DNA of 64,000 nt, taken from the NCBI RefSeq assembly GCF_006345805.1, contig NC_043016.1:26040001-26104000 (forward strand). The letters are read 5' to 3'. The stretch comes from Octopus sinensis (lineage: Eukaryota). Position numbers and translations under genes: made by a program. Below, piece by piece: positions 25,401 through 39,092 of this stretch (position 1 is its first letter; the number at the start of each line of letters is the position of its first letter). Under the pieces are notes generated by a model. It made no database searches. It worked only from the letters and a program-made list of their open reading frames with translations, and was not told the origin of the DNA.

Positions 25401-26965
25401 GAGTCTGTTTCAAAATATGAAAGGTTTTTCTAAAAATTATTAATTTTAAACAAAACTTTTTAAATATTCTCTTAAAATATGAAGCATGTTATTCATGAAG
25501 AGGAAGAAAAAAGAAAGCTTATAATTTGAGTGAACTTAATATAACTATGTAAGAATATTTCTTCTCTACATTCTTTGTATGAAAGTGTGTGGCTTAGTGG
25601 TCAGGGTATCAAGCTCATGATCATTGGTTGGGGGATTCAATGCTTAGACCAAGTAGTATGCTATGTTCTTGAGCAAGGTACTTGAAGAAGGTAGTATGCT
25701 ATGTTCTTGAGCAAGGAGGTACTTGCCTTTGCTCCAGTTTACTTGGCAGAAGCAATTACCAGCTGTGTGCTAATGGAACCCTGCCACCCTCTATCTCTAA
25801 TATCCAACATGTTCTTCTGCTGGGTAAAGGCCAAGAAAGTCAAAACAGTATCTTTTCAACTTGTGACTATGTAGGCACCTACAACAATTAGCAAAAAAGA
25901 ATGGTACTTGCTGCCAAGCTGTATTCACTTACAAATGACAGCAGGCTGTATTTACTAACAGCACATACTTATCACATAGAATATGAAGTATAATGTCTTT
26001 CTATCCATTGCATTTATAATGAGCAAAAATATACTTATAAATGAAATATTAGTATGCCATTGAATGTGCTCCTAAAGGTTTAGTATGTTAGAAATTCAAA
26101 ATAAATAAAGAACAGTTGTTCTTTAATCCTTTAGCATTTAAACCAGCCTTGTCTTTCTGAAGTATTCTACCTGTTATATGTTCAAACTGACCAGAACCAG
26201 CCTCTCACACCTACCCTACAATGTCATTCTGAAAATAAATAACCACATCATCAAAATTCCAAAGCTATGAGACAATATAGGATTAATTCAAAGCAAAGTG
26301 AATAAATAAGTATTAAATTTCACAGAGTAATCTGAATGCTTAAGGGTTAATTAAAGGTGGCATACAATAATGAAATATTCTCCAAAACCTGATGACTGGA
26401 TATCTGAAGGGACAATATGGTAGCTGAAGATATGATATCACCTATTATTTATATTGTTTGTTAACAATAACAACAACAGTAATACAGATAAAATAGATGA
26501 TTATTATTGTTATGGTTATACTGTCCCCCACCTGTCATTTCTGTTCTATGCATGATGACATGTTTTGTAATTGTTTTATTATAAGGCTTGTTATAAAATT
26601 ATATATCCTTCTCCCTTAACATATACATTTGGTATGTATATATGTGCGTGCATATGTATTTACACATACACACAGATACACACTCAAACACACTTATTAA
26701 AGCTGCAAAAACATCACAAAAATATCACTTCTCAGAGTTTCATGATCAAACAGTTGTGATTGAGAACCACAATGTGTGTATGTATGTATGTATGTGTGTG
26801 TGTGTATATATATATATATATACACATATGTTAATAAAATAGAACATATGCATATATATAAACATATATGTACGTACCTACCTCTACATGTACATATATA
26901 CACGCAAATATGTGTACAGGACACCAACATACATATACACATATATATCTATATATGCATATATA

Positions 26966-27515
26966 TGGTGGCTGCCCCCTCGTTATCAAGTATGGCCATT
27001 GCACGAAGCTTAATGTTGTTATTGTGCAATGCCTGTGCAAGAAGATTTTTTTTTAAAGTGAGGAAAGGCTGTGCACTGAGTCAATTCGACTCACTAAGCA
27101 ACAGCAGCCATAATCCGAAAAGAAGAACAAGTCAACATCATTGGTAACCACTGAGCCGCAGGTTTTATGTCGGAGTTATCCCAGTTACCTGAGTTACCTT
27201 CTAGAAGGATGCCCTAACAAAGGCTAGGAGTCCTTCACTCCCAATGGTTTAACCGCACGATCGGGTATTCAGTCCGATTATTTCTATGTCCCCACGCATG
27301 ATACATCCTTAAAACATTTATAGGATGGCTGTTGACTCTCAAAAGTTCCTCCGCCCTTGACGGGCTTTGTTTTTCATCCCGCAGGGTGTCCAATAAATAC
27401 CCTCCTCACAAAGCAAGCTTGGTGGGGTTGCCGGTTTAGTCACCAATGACCCGAACATGCAACAGGTTGTACTGGGTTACATGTTACCAGTAGCACTCAA
27501 AAGTGACCTGACATA
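26966..27515. mobile_element. Unclassified GC/CpG-rich ~550 bp insert between microsatellites
   Basis: Sharp compositional contrast with the flanks, no long ORF, bounded by (TA)/(TACA) repeats. Confidence 0.5.
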
Positions 27516-27987
27516 AATATATATATATATACATACATACATACATACATACACATACATATATATCTATATATGCATATATATACACACACACACACAT
27601 ACATATATATATATACACACACACATACACACACACTCACATTTCTGCTGTGATATGTATTCCTGTGAATGTATTGTGCAGTGTGTGAAGTGACTGACTT
27701 CTAAATTTCAACTATTATCCCAGATTACACTACTGCCTATGGTTTTCTTTATTGCTAAAAGCTTAGTGACTGTGTGCATATGTGTGTGTGTGTGTGTGTG
27801 TGGGAAAGATAACTTTTTGTTTTTGTTATTTCCTTTTTGGGGCTGTTTCAATCCAGCTTTATTGATTTTAACTTTGTAATTTTATGATATTTTTTGTTGT
27901 TGTTATTGTGTTTGTTTTAATTTGTGCAGTGCAGTTGTTGTTTACATTTTTTTGTATATATTACTGTTGTTGTTGTTGTTGTTGTTG

Positions 27988-28046
<59 letters not shown>

Positions 28047-28258
28047 TATATATATATATATAGCTATTGTTTGCATCTTGTTGTGGCAATACAATCTTGA
28101 TGAATAAAGTTCACATTGCAGTTTCCTTTCCAAGTTTGTTTATTCTGCTGGTGCTATTGGAAAAGCCATGAATGTTGTAACATCCCTTTCTCCACTTCCT
28201 ATAAGTCTGCAGTTTCTTACCTGTGCAACAAACCATTATTATTGAATTTTACTATTCG

Positions 28259-28293
<35 letters not shown>

Positions 28294-30447
28294 CATTATT
28301 ATTATTATTATTGTTATACTTATTGTTATTGTTGTTATCGTTATTATTAAGGCAGCAAGCTAACAGAATTGTTAAGATTCCGGACAAAATGCTTGGCGTC
28401 ATTTCGTCCATCCTTACTTTCTGAGTTCGAATTCTGCCTTGGTTGACTGGAGTCGATGTAATCAATTAGCCCCCAAATTTCAGGCCTTGTGCCTATAGTA
28501 GAAAGGATTGTTATTATTATTGTTGTTGTTGTTACTACTACTTCTACTACAGTAGTGGTCTAGCAGAATTGTCAAGAGAAAGTGCCTTGCTTGGATTTCT
28601 TTGGGTGCTTTACAATCTGAGTTCATATTTCACTGAAGTCAGCTTTGCCTCTGATCCTTCCAGGGTTGGTAAAATAAAGTAGTAACTGAGTGCTAGGGTC
28701 AGTGGTATCAACCAGCCCCATCACTTCGAAATTACTGGCCTTTTGCCTAAATTGGAAACAGTTACTATTATTCTGCTTGTCACGCAGCATTTGTTGCTTG
28801 TGGTGCAATACTGGTGCCTACTGTCCACAACCAATGGACCGAGGTGCTTGCTGTCTTTTATTGTCAAGCACTTTTCTAAGTACTCTAGCTGTTCCAAGGA
28901 GTGTTGTTTTCTCTAGGTGCCGTACCCTGATGTTGTCCCCAATTTTCTAAAATTCTAGTGCTCACAACAATTGCGACCACCTCAGCCATTTTCATTGCCC
29001 ACAAATGTTTTATCTACTACTACTACTACTACTACTAAGGTGAGGTAGCATTAGAATGTCAGAAAAATGCCAAGATTACATTTATTCTGACTGATGTTCA
29101 AAGTTCAAATCTTGCTGAGGTCAACTTAGCCTTTCATCCTTTTGGGGTCAGTAAAAAAAGAACCATTAGAGCACCAGGGTTAATGTAATTGACTAGATCC
29201 TTCCCCACAAAAATTCCAGGTCTTGTACCTACAGTAAAAAAAATTGTTATTATTAATTAAGGTGGTGAGCTGGCAGATTCATTAGCATGCCAAGCAAAAT
29301 GCTTACCAGCATTTCATCTGTCCTTACATTCTGAGTTCAAATTCTACCGAGGTCAACTTTGCCTTTCATCCTTTCAGGGTCAATAAATTAAGTACCAGTC
29401 AAGTACTGGAGTCAGTGTGATCTACCATCCCCTGCCCCTCAAATTTCAGGCCTTGTGCCTATAATAGAAAGGATTATTATTATTATTATTATTATTATTG
29501 TTATTGTTGTTATCATTATTATTATTATTATTATCATTATTATTTATTCTTATTATTTTTGTTATATTTGTTGTTATTTTTGTTGATGTTTAGAATTTAC
29601 AGTTTTATTAAATTCTATTTTATTTTTGTGTTAAAACGTTTTGTTTTTCTTGTTGCTGTTATTCTATGATTTGAAAATCTGAAAATGAATATCATTTTGA
29701 TCAAACAATTGCAATCTAGTAGATCATATTAGCCATTTAAAACACATGCATACACATATTCACTTCTATTCAGATAAATATATGGAAATAATTAATGTGT
29801 GTGTGTGTTCATCTTACAGCCATTTTTCTACATTACTATGGGTTAAACAAATACATTGTTTCATAGCCAGATGCCTTTCATGTTAAATAACTCTTGTTTT
29901 TTTTTTTTAAGTCAGGGATTTTTTTATATTCCATATGCTTTTGAATGCACAATGCTAGCAGATAATTTGTTCTCAGAGAATGACAGTATATTTCGTTTGC
30001 AGCACAATGATTTTTCTTGTGAAGTGAAGAATGTAAGCACTCACTCAGACACAAATACACACACACACACACGCACACTCACACACACACACTTTGATCT
30101 TTATGAATTGCCATCAAATTCACTGAAAAGGCCTGGAATTACAGTAGATTCTTGCCCAAGATACCATGCAGTGGAGCTGAACCTAAGACGATGTGGTCAA
30201 CTACACAGCTATGTTTGTGTGTGCATGTGTGGGTATGTGTGTATGCATATATATAAATTATAAGGCACAAAAAGAAAATGACTCTCCCCAGACACAACAG
30301 AATATGCCTGAACATACGAACTCGTATGAAGAATCTTGCAAACCAAATCCAAAAACGAAATATATATATATATATATATATAATTAATATAGGATAAAAA
30401 TTTTATCAATGGTCAGCATATCAAAAAATGTCTTTAAAGGTAAAATT

Positions 30448-30639
30448 TATACATAATTTAGAAGATAAGGACAGAAGAAAAATTCTAATGCCAAATATGC
30501 CGAAACAAAAAATTGTTGATAACCATTATAATTTATGCGTCTCAAAACGCATAAATTATAATGGTTATTGACAATTTTTTGTTTCAGCATATTTGGCATT
30601 AGAATTTTTCTTCTGCCCTTATCTTGTAAATTATATATA
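30448..30639. repeat. Near-perfect hairpin, 93 bp arms, 6 nt loop
   Basis: ...TTATGCGT-CTCAAA-ACGCATAA...; arms 30448-30540 / 30547-30639. Confidence 0.92.
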
Positions 30640-31073
30640 TACAGAGAGAGAGAGAGACACACACACACACAGAGTAAGATCAAGAATGGAATAACTATAT
30701 TAACAACACCTCTAATCTTGGACTTGCTGTATTATACTCCAGTTTGTATGGAAACTTTAATGAAACCATCCACTTTTATGCAGCACCCTGTTAGCCAGTA
30801 TTCACAGGAGTACTGACTGAGGAAAATACTCAGATTTCTAAATCCCCTTTATTCTGATATATAGAGAAAGACAGAAGGAGAGAAGGAGCAATCTTTATAT
30901 TCTATTTGATGTAGAAGTATTGTTAAAATGCTATAATACTGTGAATGAACATCTCATATGTTTATTGCAGTACTATAGCATTCTTACACTATATCTACAT
31001 TAATTATGATGTAGAGGTTGCTATTCAGTACTAATAATATAATGTATGTATTTATATATATATATGCGCGCGC

Positions 31074-31104
<31 letters not shown>

Positions 31105-31184
31105 TCTGTGTGTATGTATGATTTATTAATTCTGAAATAAAATTCCTCAAGATAACAAGAAATATCTTATGTGCAAAATATTTA

Positions 31185-31562
31185 GGCGCAGGAGTGGCTG
31201 TGTGGTAAGTAGCTTGCTTACCAACCACATGGTTCTGGGTTCAGTCCCACTGCATGGCACCTTGGGGAAGTGTCTTCTACTATAGCCTTGGGCTGACCAA
31301 AGCCTTGTAAGTGGATTTGGTAGATGGAAACTGAAAGAAGCCTGTTGTATATATGTATGTGTGTGTCTGCGTTAGTTCCTCCCACATCACTCGACAACTG
31401 ATGCTGGTGTGTTTACATCCCCATAACTTAGCAGTTCGACAAAAGGGACCGATAGAATAAGTACTAGGCTTACAAAGAATAAGTCCTGGGGTTGATTTAC
31501 TTGACTAAAGGCGGTGCTCCAGCATGGCCACAATCAAATGACTGAGACAAGTAAAAGAGAGT
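31185..31562 (+). mobile_element. SINE family A copy
   Basis: GGCGCAGGAGTGGCTGTGTGG...CAAGTAAAAGAG. Confidence 0.87.
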
Positions 31563-31717
31563 AAAGTACTCAATGAACCAGTCAAAAAGAAAATTTGTTC
31601 ACAGTATTATTAACTATCTCATGCAGTAATAAATATATATATTTGGTTATATATATTAAAATGCATACAGACAGATACAGGTCCAACACATGTGCATTTC
31701 TAACATCTGGATATTGG

Positions 31718-32000
31718 CAAAGTCCCTTTAGTCGAACAAATCGACTCCAGGACTTATTCTTTGTAAGCCTAGTACTTATTCTATCGGTCTCTTTTGCCGA
31801 ACCAAGTTATGGGGACGTCAAACAATGGTGGGTGGACGAACACAGGCACATCTTTCAGTTTCTGTCTACCAAATCTACTCACAAGGCTTTGGTTGGCCTG
31901 AGGTTATAGTAGAAGACAATTGCCCAAGGTGTCATGCAGTGGGACTGAACCTGGAACCATGTGGTTGGGAAGCAAGTTTCTTACCACACAGCCAAGCCTG
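31718..32000 (-). mobile_element. SINE family A copy, inverted relative to 31185-31562
   Basis: Reverse-complement match, partially deleted. Confidence 0.82.
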
Positions 32001-32283
32001 TACCTTAATATATATATATTAATGTTTTGCTCATTTTAATATTCAACAATTCTAATAACCTGGGCTTAGAACCCAATATGACATACCCTTCAGAAAAAAA
32101 GCATTAGTCAGGTACAGTGTAATAAAAGATTATATAAATGACAAAAGAACAAGAAATTATGTATCATCTTATAGCTTCAAGATTATGTGTATATTTGTGT
32201 GTGTGTGTGTGTGTGTATATAGATATGCACACACATACACACACATACATATATACACAAATACATACACATGTATACATATA

Positions 32284-33124
32284 TGAGGTCTGATCAATAA
32301 GTGTCTGGACTGACGCCAGAGTAACGCAGCTAAAGCATGTAGAGCGAAGCCACTTGGCACAGATTGACCTTGAACTGTGCTGTGCATGAGCACTAAGTTT
32401 TAACATACTAGCTCACTTCTGCTGTTTACAGCAGTGCTTAGAAGGAAGGTGTGTAGCAGGTGATCATTGCATTGACCATGACAGAGAAAGTTGTCCTGGC
32501 GATACCTGCTCGGAGGCCTGTGCAAGGTTGCAGAAGGTGGATGGAGAGGAGTGTATGAGCCACATACACGTATACGAGTGGTTCAGACGTTTCCAAGATG
32601 GCCAAAAAAATGTTGATATTGACTAACATTCTGGGAGACCCACAATCAACAAAACTGAGAAAAACATTGCAGATGTGTGTGCAGCTGTGAGTTATCAGAG
32701 GATGTGCAAATTAGTTACAGTTCAGTCCATTATCACTGAAGATTTGGGTATGAAGCACATGTCTACCAAGCTTGTGCCAAAACTGCTTTCAGCTGACCAA
32801 AAGGATACTTGGGTTTCAGTTGCACAAGACCTTGATTGTGTCAAGAAAGATGAAAACTTTGCGTAGGCCTCTGAGCAGGTATCGCCAAGCTTTTGGTAAA
32901 ATTTGATGCAGATTCTCTGCTTAACTTTCTCTGTCATGGTCAATGTGACAATGATACACTACCCACTTTTCTTCCAAGCACTGTTGTAAACAGTGGAAGT
33001 GAACTAGAACATTAAAACTTAATGCACATGCACACCAGAGTTCAAGATCAATCTGTGCCAAGCAGCTTCACTCTGTGCTTTAGATTCATTACCATGGCAA
33101 CAGTCTGGATATTCATCAGGCCAC
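32284..33124. mobile_element. Rearranged mariner remnant made of two left ends
   Basis: + strand reads VYEWFRRFQDG..SGRP..EDLGMKHMSTKLVPKLL; - strand reads MTEKVKQRICIKFYQKLGDTCSEAYA; junction at 32860/32861. Confidence 0.8.
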
Positions 33125-34216
33125 ACACACACACACACACGCACGCACGCGCGCGCACACACACACACACATACACACACACCAGTAAAACAAAATAGAA
33201 TATAACAGTGTATGTATAATTTAAATAGTTATTATGACCCTACTAGCTTGTTGCAATTGTTTTTAGCTTGAACTAATGGTCTCAAGATCAAATCACTTGC
33301 TGAAAAAATACAACTCAGAAATTGATTATAATAGTTTAGTAATTAACTTGGAAAGTTGTAGAGTGCAAAGAAAATATATAAATAAATAGAAAATTTATTT
33401 TATTTTCTAGCATGTATTGCTTTGCTGATAAATATAGGTATTAAGAGACTTGTTATAGTATTCCGTAGAGTCTTTCTTACACACAGCATGTAGTCCTTTT
33501 GAGAGAAACGATCCTGGCATTTAGCTGTCAGAAAAAAAAAAAATCTACCCAGATTGCTGTTGAATGTTGCAGTTGGCTTTTATTATTATTGTTATTATTT
33601 TTTTAGTTTGCATTTCTCAGCAGGATCCTGTCACCAGACTGTGCATATGCTTTTTTTTTTTGTGCTGTTTATCTTTTAGTATTTAGCAGCAGAAATATCT
33701 AATGTGTTTTTGAAATTAATTTTCAGTTTTTGTAAATGCGAAAAGAATGACAATAGTAATGGTAAAATAATAACCAAGTGTAAAAATCCACCAGACCTGT
33801 AAGAGGTTGTCTCTCAAAATGTTAGATAATCACAGCTAATGTAATATCTGGATAAAAAGTATGATGGACACAATTGAAAGATCCAGTTTCATAAGTTCAC
33901 AAGACAAAGTAGGTGGGGATCTGAGACTAGATATTGACAATAATAGTGATGCTACATGATCCAGTGATATTGGGGTTGGAGTGAAATGATGCCCCACAGT
34001 GAACTGCACTTGATGTTCCAGGAGCAAAGCACTGTTGTGCAGATAGGTGTGCCTGGGTCACAGTGAAAAATTTCTTTGAAACTTTTGGAAAGGCAATAAT
34101 GGTAATGTTCAATAACAATAGGTTTCAAAGAAAAATACATAGCTTATATATAGCAATTCTACCGCTTAAAGTTATTGTAGAAGACATTTGTCCAAGGTAC
34201 TATGAAGTAAGATTGA

Positions 34217-34260
<44 letters not shown>

Positions 34261-35189
34261 ATCAAATCAAATTACATTCAAATGGAAATTGTAGTTGTGA
34301 TCTCCATGCCGGTTGCACGTAAAAAGCACCACCCAAATGTGGCCAATGCCAGTGCTGCCTTGACTGGCTTCTGTGCCAGTGGCACGTAAAAAGCACCATC
34401 CAATTGTGGTCTATACCAACCCCCTCAGGCCCCTGTGCTGGTGGCACATAAAAAAGCACCCACTACACTCTTGGAGTGGTTGGCGTTAGGAAGGGAATCC
34501 AGCTGTAGAAACACTGCCAGATCAGACTGGAGCCTGGTGCAGCCTTCTGGCTTCCCAGATCCCAGTCGAACCATCCAACCCATGCCTGCATGGAAAACGG
34601 ACGTTAAATGATGATGATGATATATATGTATGTATATACATATACATACTTACATGCGTGATGATACATGTCTTAGTTGTTAGAGTGTGGCACTCCTGAT
34701 CATAAAGTTATGGTTTTGGTTCCTGGACCAGGCAGTGTATTGTGTTGTTGATCAAAACACTTCATTTCAAGTTGCTCTGTGTTCACTTTTGGCATCTGGC
34801 GTGTGACATGCTAAACATCTGTACAGGCGACATTGATTTGGTGGAAGGAGTGAGCTAAATATTTGATCCCTCTAAACAAATCATCTATGCGGATTGTTAC
34901 AAGATGTTGCAGAACCCTCATCTGTCATCCATGACAGGAGAGTCCATCATACATGTATATGCAGGTGTAGAGTTTATGGTACTAGACCGTAGTGGTTATT
35001 TTGCTTCTCAACTATCCATGTCATTTCAGTCCATGACAGGTGTGTATACTGAGGCAGATGGGTTTCAATGAGATATTTATATTGTAGTCAGTTTATTAAA
35101 TCAAGTTTGACTTGACTAAATAAACTGACTGCTTTACTATAAAATGGACCAAATATATTTTTTTGGCTACAGTATTATGGACTATGATT

Positions 35190-35430
35190 AGAATGTCATA
35201 GGAAAGAATTAGAAAACGGATTCTTCAAGCCAAGTCAACTGGCAGGAGACCTAGAGGTAGACCAAGAACATGTTGGTTGGATAATTTTCTTGGGCTCTAT
35301 GAGTCACACTTAAGAATCCTGCTGGAAAGTGTAATAACATTGCTTCTGATAGGATCCTATGAAGGAGGTGCATGAGGACTCTACCCCCACAACCCTCCAA
35401 GGGATAATGGGCCAAGAAGATGGAGAGGTA
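35190..35430 (+). mobile_element. RTE-type LINE 3' fragment (related copy at ~43640-43870)
   Basis: Translates RILQAKSTGRRPRGRPRTCWLDN, typical of the RTE C-terminal GRPxxRW region. Confidence 0.65.
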
Positions 35431-36607
35431 GAAGGAAAACTAGACACATCACAATATATTTCGTTCTCTCTTTCCCTTTCTCATAGCATTAAAACGTTAA
35501 ATTCTATCATTCCATTGAATAATATTCAGTTATAAGCAACAATATAACAGAGCAAATGGATGCATTAGACCAATGGATCTTTAACTTTGGTAGTAACATC
35601 TAGTTGTGGATGGTGAGCTCATACAGTAACAGCTAAGGTTCCATAGGGGTGTACTGGGTGTTTAGAAGGCTTTATAATTTTTTTTTCTTATAAATGAAAT
35701 ATTTAAACTTAGTACAGTATTTATATCCTAAGCATATTTTAAAGAATCTTATATTAGAATATGAATTAGAAATTGTGTTTATCAGTGACCAGAAAATATG
35801 ATTGATGATTTAACAAAGGGGGACACTACACAAATTATACAAATATCTAAAAGAGGGACATATTGGATGAGACAAATACACCACCAGCTTCAGTTTAAAT
35901 AAATCCGCCTCTTGTTTTTCTGTAAAGCATGGAAAAAGGACATTTGTTAGATGCTATTCTATGAAGTAGGGCCGCTGAGCTAAAAATATTGAGGATTACT
36001 GTTTTACACTAAACATCTTTTTGATTGTTAAGTTATTCCCCTCATTTCCATGTTCAAAATCCTGCTGAAGTAAACTCACCATTTCAGTCTTCTTGGGTCC
36101 TTACAGTAAATACCAGAAATATGGTGAGGAAGGGAAAAGGATCAGTGCATACTGGATGCATTTTTCATGCAACCAGCACTAGTGAGATTGCCAAATATGT
36201 TGCAAGACAGAAAAAAGAATGGAAAATGAAGAAAAAAGCCTCCATGGATAAGTGATAGGGGAGTATTTGGGAGTAAGTGGTGACTTTATGTTACAGGCTG
36301 AAGTATGATAGAGGGACAAGCAATGGTCTCTTTCTGTAGAGGACATACATAGCTAGCAAATGTTATATAAAGGTGAATAGTAGTAGTTATGAAGAAGATA
36401 AAAATGGCAGTGATGGAGTGTCAGAGCAAACTCTCAAGGTACAAGAGGATAGGTATAAGAAAGGATATATACTGTAGATTTGGGATAGAAAGAAGAGGGT
36501 GGGTAGTTTCATAAGGGTGTGAGGGTAGCGTAACAGATGGTTAGAGACTGGTATAGTTCTAAGTTGTATACTTGTATTAATACCTGAATGTATTTATCTG
36601 TTTATAG

Positions 36608-36707
36608 ATAGACGAAGATCTTACAGCAAGAATTAATATGGCAGATTACCGTTTCTCATTCCATGAGAAGGGGAAGATTTACTCACCAGCATGGATGGCG
36701 CCAGAAG
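36608..36707 (+). CDS. ILK: ILK exon [33 protein letters not shown]
   Basis: tttatag / gtaaaa, phase 0/1; DYR in place of DFG, APE retained. Confidence 0.97.
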
Positions 36708-37168
36708 GTAAAACATGTCTCTTATACCCATTTATTTTTAATTTACTGTTGGGTGTTAGTTACTGCATAAAGCATCGTGCTTACTTTTATAACTTCGTTA
36801 AACTGAAGAGCAAAAATAAAAATAATAAAGATAGGACTACAGCTGAAAGTGCTCAGGTGACACTGAGACAAAAGGAGAAACAAATTGAAAGATATAAGGA
36901 ATAAACATTCCAATCGGTTAAAACAACATTATATCATTCCCAAATTATCAAAAATCGATAAATATATATTAAAATAATAGGGCATCCGATGGTAAAACCC
37001 AATAGTATAAAATATACACAAATAAAAGGTAATAAAACCTAAAAAAGTAATACAAATGAAGTTGAATGAAAAAATATATACCGAATAAATTCATGCATAA
37101 TAGAGGCGACTAAAAATTTAAAGAAATGGAGCTAAAATAATGTAAATATATAAAAATACAAGAGTATA

Positions 37169-37560
37169 GGCGCAGGAGTGGCTGTGTGGTAAGTAGCTTG
37201 CTAACCAACCACATGGCTCCGGGTTCAGTCCCACTGCGTGGCATCTTGGGCAAGTGTCTTCTGCTATAGCCCCGGGCCGACCAATGCCTTGTGAGTGGAT
37301 TTGGTAGACGGAAACTGAAAGAAGCCTGTCGTATATATGTATATATATATATGTGTGTTTGTGTGTTTGTCCCCCTAGCATTGCTTGACAACCGATGCTG
37401 GTGTGTTTACGTCCCCGTCACTTAGCGGTCCGGCAAAAGAGTCTGATAGAATAAGTACTAGGCTTACAAAGAATAAGTCCAGGGGTCGATTTGCTCGACT
37501 AAAGGCGGTGCTCCAGCATGGCCGCAGTCAAATGACTGAAACAAGTAAAAGATAAAAGAA
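37169..37560 (+). mobile_element. SINE family A, young CpG-rich copy
   Basis: tRNA-like head (GTGGCTGTGTGG, GGTTCAGTCCC), internal (TA)/(TG), tail AAGTAAAAGA. Confidence 0.9.
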
Positions 37561-38961
37561 AGAAAGATATAAATATAAAAAAATAAAGTGTAAGGAAACC
37601 AGAACAGAGTCCATTCAAGCCCATTTCTACGATTGTTTCAAAGGTTGCTGCTTCACATCGTTAATGTACAATTCATTAAGGAAACCCAACAGCAGCACTT
37701 TTTCATCAGGAGAAAACTAAAAGTTAAAATAAGAATTCAGTGGATTCAAGCAAGGATTAGTCCATTGTCCGTTTCAAAGATAAAGAATTTGCTAGAAGCT
37801 TTACTCAGTTTCAATTGTAGATTGAGACTCAGGTGGTCTTCTGAAACATCTAGTATTAATTTTACCCTTATTTTTTATTTTTGTATTTATTCAAGAAGGT
37901 TAAGAAAAACCTATGGTTACAAAAAGGGACCACATCAGAAAATTTATTAAGGAGTTTTGGTCCAAAATATTTAAGAATCAAGTACAATTCCCTTAGGCAT
38001 AATCTACATCTGTATAAATTAGCATTAAAGTAGGGGGCCTTGGACAGGACTGACTATTCAATAGTATAACTCATATTCCTCCTTTTTACATACATGTATA
38101 TGTTTATATATTTGCATGTATATGTATACATGTGTGTGTGTGAATCAGTGTTGATTTGCTTATGTTCCCATAACTTTGCAGTTTGGCAAAAGAGATCAAT
38201 ATAATAAGTATAAGACTTAAAAATAAGCACTGGATTCAATTTGTTCAACAAAACCCTTCAAGATGGTGTCCAAGCATGGCTGCAGTCCAATAATTGAAAC
38301 AATTGAAAAGAAAATAAGATACAGCAATCCATTGCTGGATGTGTCCCTCTTTATACCTCAAAGCTTTTGGTTACACCAGTGAGTCATTAATGCCACCATG
38401 TTAACTTGACACAGACAAGGCACTCTGGCAGCTTAATACTCAACTTTTACCAGCTGAGTGGACAAGGTTAGTGGGAAGTAGAGTGCCTTGCCCAAAGACA
38501 CAACATGCCTCTTGCATTGTGACCTTGTAACAAGGCACTTTACTTTCTAATTAACCAAATTAATGTTTTGGTTTGTTTTAAAATTATTCTTAAACATTTT
38601 TTGTTGACCAGCGTTTTTTTTTTGTTTTTGTAATTTGGGAAGGTTGTTATGCTAATGATAAACACATGAACTTGTTATATTTCACTCCTTATTCATTATT
38701 AGTTAACTATTTAACCAATTAACTAAGCAATGTTTAATTGTTTGGTTAATCAATCAATCAATTATGTTTGTCAAAGTATTTTCATCATAATGTACAACCT
38801 CTTCAATACATCCCTTTCTACATTGGGTCATTTCTTTTCTTTTTTAACTATTATAAGAATTCTATTCCAATATCCCTTTATTATATCTAATTGCTGCATT
38901 ATACTGTATATTCATGTGTATTATGTGTTTTACCATGGTTTCATTTTAATTATTAATGAAG

Positions 38962-39092
38962 CTCTGCAGAAAAAACCTGAAGAGATGAATGTAAAGGCTG
39001 CAGACATGTGGAGTTACGCTATTCTGTTGTGGGAAATGGAAACAAGAGAGGTGCCATTTGCAGACCTTTCGCCAATGGAAATTGGAATGAAG
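38962..39092 (+). CDS. ILK: ILK exon (A)[43 protein letters not shown]
   Basis: Needs the aatgaag acceptor, phase 1/0; EIGMK parvin-binding residues (human M402/K403) conserved. Confidence 0.95.

Noticed and set aside
27724-27880. cccag acceptor followed by ITLLPMVFF.., echoing the ITL start of the last ILK exon
   Set aside because: Only three residues match and the frame runs through a (TG)n repeat; consistent with chance.
30678-30794. Protein-like frame DQEWNNYINNTSNLGLAVLYSSLYGNFNETIHFYAAPC*
   Set aside because: No pyrimidine-rich acceptor and no recognisable homology.
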